Shown: piece by piece, positions 54,695 through 62,356 of the stretch
Layout of the letters: every line of letters begins with the position of its first letter
How positions within the stretch are numbered: position 1 is the stretch's first letter
NCBI GenBank assembly: GCA_963829055.1
Contig: CAWHHI010000017.1
Location: forward strand, 128,001 to 192,000
Direction of reading: 5' to 3'
DNA length: 64,000 bases
Source of the DNA: an uncultured Gemmatimonadaceae bacterium
GTDB lineage: Bacteria; Gemmatimonadota; Gemmatimonadetes; Gemmatimonadales; Gemmatimonadaceae
Translations under genes and position numbers: made by a program
Notes under the pieces: generated by a model
The model's input: only the letters and a program-made list of their open reading frames with translations
Databases searched by the model: none
What the model was told of the DNA's origin: nothing

Positions 54695-55238
54695 GAGACA
54701 CTCCGTCGATCAATAGTCGGCGCAGCGCGGAGCGCGCGCGTGAGAGCGTTGCCTTCGCGGTACCACTGGCGATCCCGAGTTGCACCGCGATCTCCTGATG
54801 TGTGAAGCCCTCGACGTCGTGCAGTACGACGACGACGCGTTGACGGTCGGTCAATCGGCTGAGCGCCCGCTCGAGATCGATCGCCGACGCCGGCCCCGAG
54901 TGGCTCGGCGCCGCGAGGTCGTCGAACAGATCGGTCTCGACATCCGCGGACCCACCGAACCGCGCGTAGGCAGTGCGGATGCCGATCGTCGTGAGCCACG
55001 TCGAGAACTTCGCCTCGCCGGAGTACCGATGAAGGCCGCGACACGCGGCGAGCCACGTCTCCTGCATCACGTCGTCGACCGCGTCCTGCCGCGCCGCACC
55101 GAGTAGCCGCGCGACGAGCATGCGAAGCCGCGGCGTGTGCCGCTGGTACAGCGCGCGAAACGCGTCCTCGCTGCCCCTGAGGAACCGACTGATCAGCGCC
55201 GCATCAGGTAGGTCAGCGAGAGAGCCGCGTATCGTCAC
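54684..55238 (-). CDS. ECF RNA polymerase sigma factor
   Basis: AF..LY.RH, DDVMQETW, FSTWL; region 4 EIA..LGI..GT.K..L.RAR. Confidence 0.93.
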   Translation of the reverse strand: MTIRGSLADLPDAALISRFLRGSEDAFRALYQRHTPRLRMLVARLLGAARQDAVDDVMQETWLAACRGLHRYSGEAKFSTWLTTIGIRTAYARFGGSADVETDLFDDLAAPSHSGPASAIDLERALSRLTDRQRVVVVLHDVEGFTHQEIAVQLGIASGTAKATLSRARSALRRLLIDGVSHVR

Positions 55239-55320
55239 GCTATCTATGTGGGCGCGCGTGCAGAAAAGGTTGCAGCGCGGATGGACGAGAGTTGCAATTC
55301 ACAACGAGGACTGCTCGCGG

Positions 55321-55613
55321 CGACCATCCGCACGGACCACTTCGGCACGGCATCCAGAACGCGGAGTGTGAACTGATTGGACGGAAACAACGGAAACGGC
55401 CCGATCCGATCGCGACCCGGACAGACCGTGGAATGGGCCCGTCGAAGGAGAGGAACGGCCTCGCGACGCATTGGCCTCACGACGCCGTTCCCATTTCCGT
55501 CAGCGCTCGTTGCGCAGCGGCGCTCCCGACGTCAGACCGATCCGCCCGATCCGATGTTTCCGGCCGCTTCCGTTCACACCCTCGGTTCTGGATGGCTGGT
55601 GAAGCCGTTCCCT
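55321..55613 (+). repeat. Structured repeat family D, second copy
   Basis: Shares cccgatccgatcgcgacccgg and gatgtttccggccg.ttccgttcacaccctcggttctggatgg with 44251-44489. Confidence 0.75.
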
Positions 55614-56568
55614 AGGGCCAGTCGCTGAACACCACCTCGCCCGGTCCCGCGAACGCCGCATAGAGATCATCATCGAACGTCCGGTACCGCGTCCCGAACG
55701 TCTGCTCGAAGTGCGTTCCCCAATCCGGACGCGATCCATCGACGTCCGTGAACCCATACTCGTGCGCCAGAGTCCACGACGCGAAGACCTTCCCCGATTT
55801 CGATTTCACATCAGGGTCGGCGGCAAGTGCCGCCACCCCGCGTCCCACATAGAGCGGTGACTCCGACGCGATGAAGTTCGAATCCTTCTTCGCGCCCTCG
55901 CGCCACGTCTCCGCCGTCACGCCGAAGTGCTCGAGCATGAACTCCGAGCGCAGAAAACCTGGCGTGACCGCGACCGCCGCGACGTCGTGCTTGCGGAGCT
56001 CACGCGCTTGAATGAACGCGAGCCTGATGACCGTCGACTTCACGAGGTCGTAGAAGATGTTGCCGCGATACCCGTAGAAATCGCCATCCGTGATCTCCAC
56101 GATCAGGCCCGGTCCGCGAGCGTCGCGCTCGAACATGAGCGGCGCCGCGTGGTGGCTCGTCAGAATGTGAGACCAGATGGCCTGGTCGATCATCTTGCGG
56201 CCGTTCTCGATATTCACCTGCCAGAACGTCTTGCCGAATTCCGTCAGGGCGTCGCCGCCCCACACGTCGTTGACGAGCACGTCGAGCCGACCCTGCTCGT
56301 GCCTAACGCGCTCGACGAGGGCGCGCACCTCGGCATCGACTGTGTGGTCGCACCGCACCGCCACACCCGTGCCGCCCGCGGCTGTCACCAGCTCGGCGGT
56401 CTCGTCAATGGTCTCGGGCCGACCAGCACCGCTCGCGAGATTCCCGCGCACCGAGCGCCCGGTGCAGTACACCGTCGCTCCCTGTTCGCCGAGCGCGACG
56501 GCGATGCCGCGTCCAGCCCCACGCGTCGCACCGGCGACGAGCGCCACTCGGCCGTCCAGTGAACCCAC
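55612..56568 (-). CDS. SDR family oxidoreductase
   Basis: GATRGAGRGIA, LVNDVWGG, YDLVK, PGFLRSE. Confidence 0.9.
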   Translation of the reverse strand: MGSLDGRVALVAGATRGAGRGIAVALGEQGATVYCTGRSVRGNLASGAGRPETIDETAELVTAAGGTGVAVRCDHTVDAEVRALVERVRHEQGRLDVLVNDVWGGDALTEFGKTFWQVNIENGRKMIDQAIWSHILTSHHAAPLMFERDARGPGLIVEITDGDFYGYRGNIFYDLVKSTVIRLAFIQARELRKHDVAAVAVTPGFLRSEFMLEHFGVTAETWREGAKKDSNFIASESPLYVGRGVAALAADPDVKSKSGKVFASWTLAHEYGFTDVDGSRPDWGTHFEQTFGTRYRTFDDDLYAAFAGPGEVVFSDWP

Positions 56569-56757
56569 GTTGCCTCCTCAGAGAGAGACGACAGCATAAG
56601 TGAATCGCCGTTTACAATCAATCCTGCTACGAGAAGATGGGACCCCATCAACACGTCCCGCGTGTCGCGTCAAGAACACGTCTTGCACCCCTGGCCTCTT
56701 GCCGATGCAGGCATCGCAGAATCTGGAGCAAGTGCAAAATTGCAATCGGGAGGAATT

Positions 56758-57432
56758 GTGAACACTCGAGTGGCGGGTCGAACAGTGGCGGCGTTGACGG
56801 CTGTGCTCGTGGTAGGCGCGTGCAACACACGAGACCGGAACGCCACCGACACATTGGGCGCGCGAGCTGACACCGCGACCACACGTACTGCAGCAGCGAC
56901 GGACACCGCCGCACGGCGAGTCGATACGGCGGCCGGAACGGTCGCCAAGCGCGGCGGATGGACCGACGCTTCCATTCTCGCGTTCGCGGGTGCGGCGAAC
57001 ACGGGAGAGATTCGCGAAGGTGAGCTCGCCGCGAAGAAGGCGACGAACCCAGCCGTGAAGGCATTCGCTCGGCAAATGGCTGCGGATCATCGCACGCTCA
57101 TGAACGAAGGGAAGTCGCTCGCATTGAAGATGAGCGTGACACCGGATACGACCGACGATGACGTCCGGGACCTGATGAAGGAGTCGGCGGATGATCTCAA
57201 GGACCTCACCGAGAAGACTGCCGGCGCGGACTGGGACAAGGACTTCATCGATCACGAGATCAAGGGACACAAGGACGTGCTCGACAAGCTGCAGGACGCG
57301 GCAAAGAACACGACCAACCCGCAGCTCCGCACGGCGCTCGAGAAGGCGACGGGCAAGGTGCAGGAGCACCTGACGAAGGCGCAGGACATCAAGGACAACG
57401 CGCTGAACAAGGACAGCACCCGCAAGGGCTGA
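56758..57432 (+). CDS. DUF4142 family lipoprotein
   Basis: GGAGGA RBS, lipobox VGAC; EI..G.LA..KA.NP.VK.FA.QM..DH; HL..A. Confidence 0.88.
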   Translation: MNTRVAGRTVAALTAVLVVGACNTRDRNATDTLGARADTATTRTAAATDTAARRVDTAAGTVAKRGGWTDASILAFAGAANTGEIREGELAAKKATNPAVKAFARQMAADHRTLMNEGKSLALKMSVTPDTTDDDVRDLMKESADDLKDLTEKTAGADWDKDFIDHEIKGHKDVLDKLQDAAKNTTNPQLRTALEKATGKVQEHLTKAQDIKDNALNKDSTRKG

Positions 57433-57446
57433 CCACCGAGCGACTG

Positions 57447-57479
57447 GAGGCGCCCGCGGCCTAACGCCGCGGGCGCCTC
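57447..57479. terminator. 14-bp GC hairpin with CTAAC loop
   Basis: gaggcgcccgcggc-ctaac-gccgcgggcgcctc; no U-tract. Confidence 0.5.
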
Positions 57480-57627
57480 GTCGCATTGCTTCGGGACCCC
57501 GCCGCCAGGCCACCGGCCCTGTGTCATTGATCTCGGCCTCCGCTACCCGTTCGATTCGCGCCGGAATGCGAGCGGGGATAGCTTTTCGCACCACAACGCA
57601 TCGGCCGCGCGACAAGGAGATCGGTGA

Positions 57628-59322
57628 ATGCAGAGTCAGTCTCGTTCGACCACGTATGACGTGTGCATTGTCGGTTCGGGCGCCGGCGGGGGCATGGCGG
57701 CCCACGCCCTCACGAAGGCCGGCGCTCGGGTCGCGCTCCTCGAGGCCGGGCAGATGTGGGATCCGATCAAGGACGGCGCCATGCTCAAGTGGCCGTACGA
57801 CTCGCCACGTCGCGGTGCGTCCACGCGGGAAAAGCCGTTCGGCGAATACGACGGCTGCATCGGTGGCTGGCAGATCGACGGCGAGCCGTACACCACCGCG
57901 CCAGGCTCGAAGTTCGACTGGTGGCGCGCTCGCATGCTCGGCGGCCGTACGAACCACTGGGGCCGAATCTCCCTGCGATTCGGACCCTACGACTTTGCCC
58001 GCAAGAGCCGCGACGGACTCGGTGATGACTGGCCGATCACGTACGACGACGTGAAGCCGTGGTACGACGAGGTCGACAAGCTCATCGGGATCTTCGGCAG
58101 CGTCGAGGGACTGCCTAACGAACCGGATGGCATCTTCCATCCGCCGCCGGTGCCTCGCTGCTACGAGCGCCTCGCGAGCAACGCCGCGAAGAAGCTCGGC
58201 CTGACCGTCGTGCCGTCGCGGCTGTCGATCATCACGAAGCCGCACAATGGCCGCGCGCCGTGTCATTACTGCGGACAGTGCAACCGCGGGTGCATGACGA
58301 ACTCCAACTTCTCATCGACCGGCGTGCTCATTCCGCCCGCGCAGAAGACGGGGCGTCTGACGCTGATCACCAACGCCATGGCGCGCGAAGTCACGGTCGG
58401 CAAGGACGGCCTCGCGAACGGCGTCAGCTACATCGACAAGAAGACTGGACGAGATGCACACGTCTCGGCGCGCATCGTCGTACTCGCCGCGAGTGCGTGC
58501 GAGACGGCGCGTCTGCTGCTCAACTCGAAGTCGTCGACGTTTCCAAACGGCCTCGCGAACTCGAGCGGCACGGTGGGCAAGTATCTCACCGACACCACAG
58601 GATCCGACGTCTCGGGATTCATTCCGAAAATGATGGAGATGCCGCCGCATAACGAGGACGGCGTGGGCGGTATGCACATCTACATGCCGTGGTGGCTCGA
58701 CAATTCAAAGCTCGACTTCCCGCGCGGCTACCACATCGAGACATGGGGCGGCCGCGGCATGCCGGGCTCCGGCTTCATGGGCGGCATCCACCGCTACCCG
58801 AATGGCGGCGGCTACGGCGCATCGCTCAAGGATGACTACCGCCGCTATTACGGCTCGACGATCGGCTTCAGCGGCCGTGGCGAGATGATCCCTAACGATG
58901 ATTCATACTGCGAGATCGACCCGAACGTCGTCGACCAGTACGGCATCCCCGTGTTGCGCTTCCACTGGAAGTGGACGGACGCCGAATACAATCAGGTCAA
59001 GCACATGCAGGAGACGTTCAGGGCGATCATCGCCGAGATGGGCGGTGAGGTGTTCTCACCGATGCCGACGAAGGAGCAGGGCTACGGCATCGCGAACGGT
59101 GGCGCGATCATCCACGAGCTCGGCGGCGCGCGTATGGGCAAGGATCCGGCGACGTCGGTGGTGAATGCGAACTGTCAGGCGCACGACGTGAAGAATCTGT
59201 TCGTGACGGATGGCTCACCGTTCGTGAGTCAGGCAGACAAGAATCCGACGTGGACGATTCTCGCGTTGTCGATGCGCACGAGTGATTTCATCGCCTCCCA
59301 ACGAAAGGCTGGTGCCCTGTGA
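57628..59322 (+). CDS. GMC family flavoprotein oxidoreductase (glycoside 3-dehydrogenase-like)
   Basis: GSGAGG, LGGRTNHWGR, C.YCGQC.RGC, HELGGARMG, NPTWT. Confidence 0.92.
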   Translation: MQSQSRSTTYDVCIVGSGAGGGMAAHALTKAGARVALLEAGQMWDPIKDGAMLKWPYDSPRRGASTREKPFGEYDGCIGGWQIDGEPYTTAPGSKFDWWRARMLGGRTNHWGRISLRFGPYDFARKSRDGLGDDWPITYDDVKPWYDEVDKLIGIFGSVEGLPNEPDGIFHPPPVPRCYERLASNAAKKLGLTVVPSRLSIITKPHNGRAPCHYCGQCNRGCMTNSNFSSTGVLIPPAQKTGRLTLITNAMAREVTVGKDGLANGVSYIDKKTGRDAHVSARIVVLAASACETARLLLNSKSSTFPNGLANSSGTVGKYLTDTTGSDVSGFIPKMMEMPPHNEDGVGGMHIYMPWWLDNSKLDFPRGYHIETWGGRGMPGSGFMGGIHRYPNGGGYGASLKDDYRRYYGSTIGFSGRGEMIPNDDSYCEIDPNVVDQYGIPVLRFHWKWTDAEYNQVKHMQETFRAIIAEMGGEVFSPMPTKEQGYGIANGGAIIHELGGARMGKDPATSVVNANCQAHDVKNLFVTDGSPFVSQADKNPTWTILALSMRTSDFIASQRKAGAL

Positions 59323-59981
59323 CGGAAATGGATCGGCGCGGGGCGCTCAAGGCGCTGGCGGCGGCCGCCGCGGTTCCCGTGTTAGGCACGTTCGAGATCG
59401 GCGAAGAAAAAATGCTGCGCGCGCGAGAAGCCGCGGAGTCGGCGGTGCTCGCGGAGATGCAGGGCACGCAGTACGCGCCGAAGTTCTTCACCCGTCACGA
59501 ATACCAGACCGTTCGCGTGCTCGTGGACTACATCATCCCACGTGATGCACGCTCCGGGTCGGCGACGGACGCCGGCGTCCCACAGTACATGGACTTCGTG
59601 CTCTCGGACCAGACGCCTCCGCCTGGCCCGCCGAACCCGACCCCGCGTTTCTACGTCGCGCCGACATCGTCGCAGATCAACGTCCGCGGTGGACTCGCGT
59701 GGCTGGACAACGAGTGCGCGCGCCGCTTCGGCGCCGGAACGACGTTCCTGTCCGCGACCGATGCTCAGCGCCGCCAGGTGCTCGACGACATTGCCTGGCC
59801 GGCGAAGGCGAAGCCCGAGATGAGCCACGGCGTGGCGTTCTTCACACGCGTGCGGGACATGACCGCATCGGGATTCTTCTCGAGCAAGATGGGCATTCAG
59901 GACGTCCGCTACATCGGCAACGTGCCTATGGCGAAGTGGGACGGGTGCCCGCCGGAGGTCATCGCGAAGCTCGGCGTTTGA
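59319..59981 (+). CDS. Gluconate 2-dehydrogenase subunit 3-family Tat partner protein
   Basis: MDRRGAL; IIP.D..SG.A.DAGV, FF...R..T..GFFSS..G...Y.GN. Confidence 0.9.
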   Translation: MTEMDRRGALKALAAAAAVPVLGTFEIGEEKMLRAREAAESAVLAEMQGTQYAPKFFTRHEYQTVRVLVDYIIPRDARSGSATDAGVPQYMDFVLSDQTPPPGPPNPTPRFYVAPTSSQINVRGGLAWLDNECARRFGAGTTFLSATDAQRRQVLDDIAWPAKAKPEMSHGVAFFTRVRDMTASGFFSSKMGIQDVRYIGNVPMAKWDGCPPEVIAKLGV

Positions 59982-60225
59982 ACCTCGGGTCGTCCCGGGT
60001 CGTCCCACTCACCGCCCGATCACAGTCCTTCGCCGCCTGTGCTTCGGCCCTCGCCGCGTGCGAATTGCCAATCCCGCCTCGCCTCCCCACTCATCGGGCG
60101 TCGCTCAGTAGCCGAATACCGTCGTCGCGGTCGCGAGTCGACTGCTGATTGGCGGTACCGGCCGCTGCGAGCGAGTCACCCAGGCGCGCGTCAAGCGCGA
60201 TCACCAGGCACTCGGAGTGGGCGCG

Positions 60226-60636
60226 ATGCGGATGAGTTATGTTCTACTGGCAGTCGTGGCGATCGGATGTGGTGGCGGTGGTGGCGGCGACGGATACACC
60301 ACGGGGCCAGGGACGGGAAACGGGCCGGGGACTGGCGCCGGTGCGGCGGCGGGGACGGCATCTATCTCCATGCAACAATCCGATGACGGATACGGAACCG
60401 CAGTCTTCTCGTTCTCGCCTGGGTCCGTGACTATCGCCAAGGGCGGTACGGTGACCTGGACGAACGAGGCCGGAAAGGTCGCGCATAACGTGACGTTCGC
60501 GGCGACGACTGGCGCACCAGCGAATATCCCCAACATGACGAGCGGCTCCAACTCGCGATCATTCGCGGCCTCGGGATCGTACTCATATCAGTGCACGAAC
60601 CACCCAGGCATGAACGGGACAGTTTCCGTGCAGTGA
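60226..60636 (+). CDS. Plastocyanin/azurin-like copper lipoprotein
   Basis: Lipobox IGC; HNV and C..HPGM type-1 copper ligands. Confidence 0.88.
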   Translation: MRMSYVLLAVVAIGCGGGGGGDGYTTGPGTGNGPGTGAGAAAGTASISMQQSDDGYGTAVFSFSPGSVTIAKGGTVTWTNEAGKVAHNVTFAATTGAPANIPNMTSGSNSRSFAASGSYSYQCTNHPGMNGTVSVQ

Positions 60637-60670
60637 ACCACACCAGGACTGCAGTGCGAAGGGTGGGACC

Positions 60671-60708
60671 ACGGCTCCTCGGCTAACCCCGGGGAGTCGT
60701 TTTTCTTT
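60671..60708 (+). terminator. Intrinsic terminator
   Basis: acggctcctcgg...cggggagtcgt followed by ttttcttt. Confidence 0.7.
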
Positions 60709-60744
60709 GGGGGTTGGCCGCGTAATTCCGGTACCTACGTCATT

Positions 60745-60768
60745 GGGGTCAGACTCGAGTCTGACCCC
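60745..60768. repeat. REP-like palindrome family A
   Basis: Exact 24-bp copy preceded by ctacgtcatt. Confidence 0.9.
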
Positions 60769-60875
60769 AATTGGCACCGCGTCGGCCGGCATCCTCCAGC
60801 GGCGCAACCAGCTCCCACTAGATTTTCGGGGTTTATTCGGCCATCCTCAAGCCTCAAGATCTGCGAGGAACCGGC

Positions 60876-62156
60876 ATGGCGCGAGAGCTGGAGCTGACCG
60901 AGAAGCTGAACATCCTCATGTCTCTCGCCGCCGAGGATCGCGAGGGGCCCCCGCAGGCAGCGCCGACGTTGCTGCCCCCGCGGCTCCGTCATGCAAGCGA
61001 CGCCGGCGCACTGCGGCCGCTCAACATCCGTGTGCTGCGTGGCGCCGGCGGGCCAGTGAAGCTGCTGCGCATCCTGATGACCAACGCCTGCGCGCTCAAC
61101 TGCCACTACTGCCCCATGCGCCGCGACCGCGCCATGCGCCGCACGCTTCTCAAGCCCGAGGAGCTCGTGCGGATCTTCCTCGGCGCGCTCCGCCGCGGTT
61201 GGTGCGAGGGGTTGTTCATCACCACCGGCATCCCCGCGCGCCCGGAGAAAGTCACCGACGATCTGATCGCCGTCCTCGAGCTGCTGCGCGTTAGGCACCG
61301 CTTCGCCGGCTACATCCACGTGAAGCTCGTCCCCGGCGCTCAGGAGGCGCAGATCCAGCGGATCACGGCGCTCGCGACGCGCGTATCCGTGAACCTCGAA
61401 GCCGCGTGCGGCGACACGCTGGAGCGCATTGCGCCCGAGAAGCAGCTCGCGAGGACGCTCGTGACGCTCGAACGCGCGCGCCGCGTGGTCGTCGACAACA
61501 CACAGGAGGAACGCGCCGGTCGCCCGCGCGACGCACGACGGCCCGGCGGCATCGCGGGTATGACCATGCAGTTCGTGGTCGGTGCCACGCCGGACTCAGA
61601 CAGAGCGATCATGGATCGTGTGACGAGCCTCTATGCCGGCGGCGGGATCCATCACGCGCACTTCAGCGCATTCCGGCCCATCCGCGATACGCCGATGGAA
61701 GGCGCGCCGGCGACCCCGGCGCTGCGCGAACATCGCCTGTATCAGGCGGATTGGCTCGTGCGCGACTACGGCTTCGCGCCTAACGAGGTCGTGTACGAGG
61801 ACACCGGCAACCTGCCGCTCGCGGTGGACCCCAAGGCGGCATGGGCGCTGGCGCACCCGGAACACTTTCCGGTGGACGTGAGCACCGGCACCTACGAGCA
61901 GCTGGTGCGCGTCCCGGGCATCGGCCCACGATCGGCACGTCGTCTCGTGAACGAGCGGCGCACCGCGGTCATCAACGGGCTGGCGGACCTTCGTCGCTTT
62001 GGCATGGTGACCACCCGCGCGGCGGGATTCCTGACGCTGCGCGGCCGGCGATTGCAAACGGTGCGCTGGACGCAGCAGCTCGGCCTCTGGCGCCCGGAAG
62101 ACGAGGTGGGCGCGCGACACGACGTCTACGAGTTCAGCCCCGGCACCTTTCGTTAG
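60876..62156 (+). CDS. Putative DNA modification/repair radical SAM protein with HhH domain (TIGR03916-like)
   Basis: LMTNACALNCHYC, GYIH.K, REHRLYQADWL.R.YGF, DPK.AWAL, RVPGIG. Confidence 0.9.
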   Translation: MARELELTEKLNILMSLAAEDREGPPQAAPTLLPPRLRHASDAGALRPLNIRVLRGAGGPVKLLRILMTNACALNCHYCPMRRDRAMRRTLLKPEELVRIFLGALRRGWCEGLFITTGIPARPEKVTDDLIAVLELLRVRHRFAGYIHVKLVPGAQEAQIQRITALATRVSVNLEAACGDTLERIAPEKQLARTLVTLERARRVVVDNTQEERAGRPRDARRPGGIAGMTMQFVVGATPDSDRAIMDRVTSLYAGGGIHHAHFSAFRPIRDTPMEGAPATPALREHRLYQADWLVRDYGFAPNEVVYEDTGNLPLAVDPKAAWALAHPEHFPVDVSTGTYEQLVRVPGIGPRSARRLVNERRTAVINGLADLRRFGMVTTRAAGFLTLRGRRLQTVRWTQQLGLWRPEDEVGARHDVYEFSPGTFR

Positions 62157-62227
62157 GCAGGACTACGGAACGCTGAACGCTCTGAACGCTCAGAACACGC
62201 AGAAGGCAGGAGCGGCGGTGAAATAGC

Positions 62228-62350
62228 GCTGTCATCCCGAGCGCCAGCGAGGGACCTCGTGTGATGTCACTCGTGGCCAGGCCGGCCACGAGGACTTCAC
62301 ACAAGTTCCCTCGTCCCCGCTGCCGGTTCCCGACTCCTCGGGATGACAGC
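62228..62350. repeat. Palindromic repeat family B between convergent genes
   Basis: gctgtcatcccgag...ctcgggatgacagc. Confidence 0.8.
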
Positions 62351-62356
62351 ACACGA

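Noticed and set aside
56578..58266. Long antisense ORFs (562 aa here; also 26667-28031, 13052-14218, 34978-36105)
   Set aside because: Arg/Ala-rich shadow frames of real genes, expected at high GC.
62165..62205. Short 9-nt-period repeat (ctgaacgct) after the radical SAM gene
   Set aside because: Only about three degenerate units and no associated gene.
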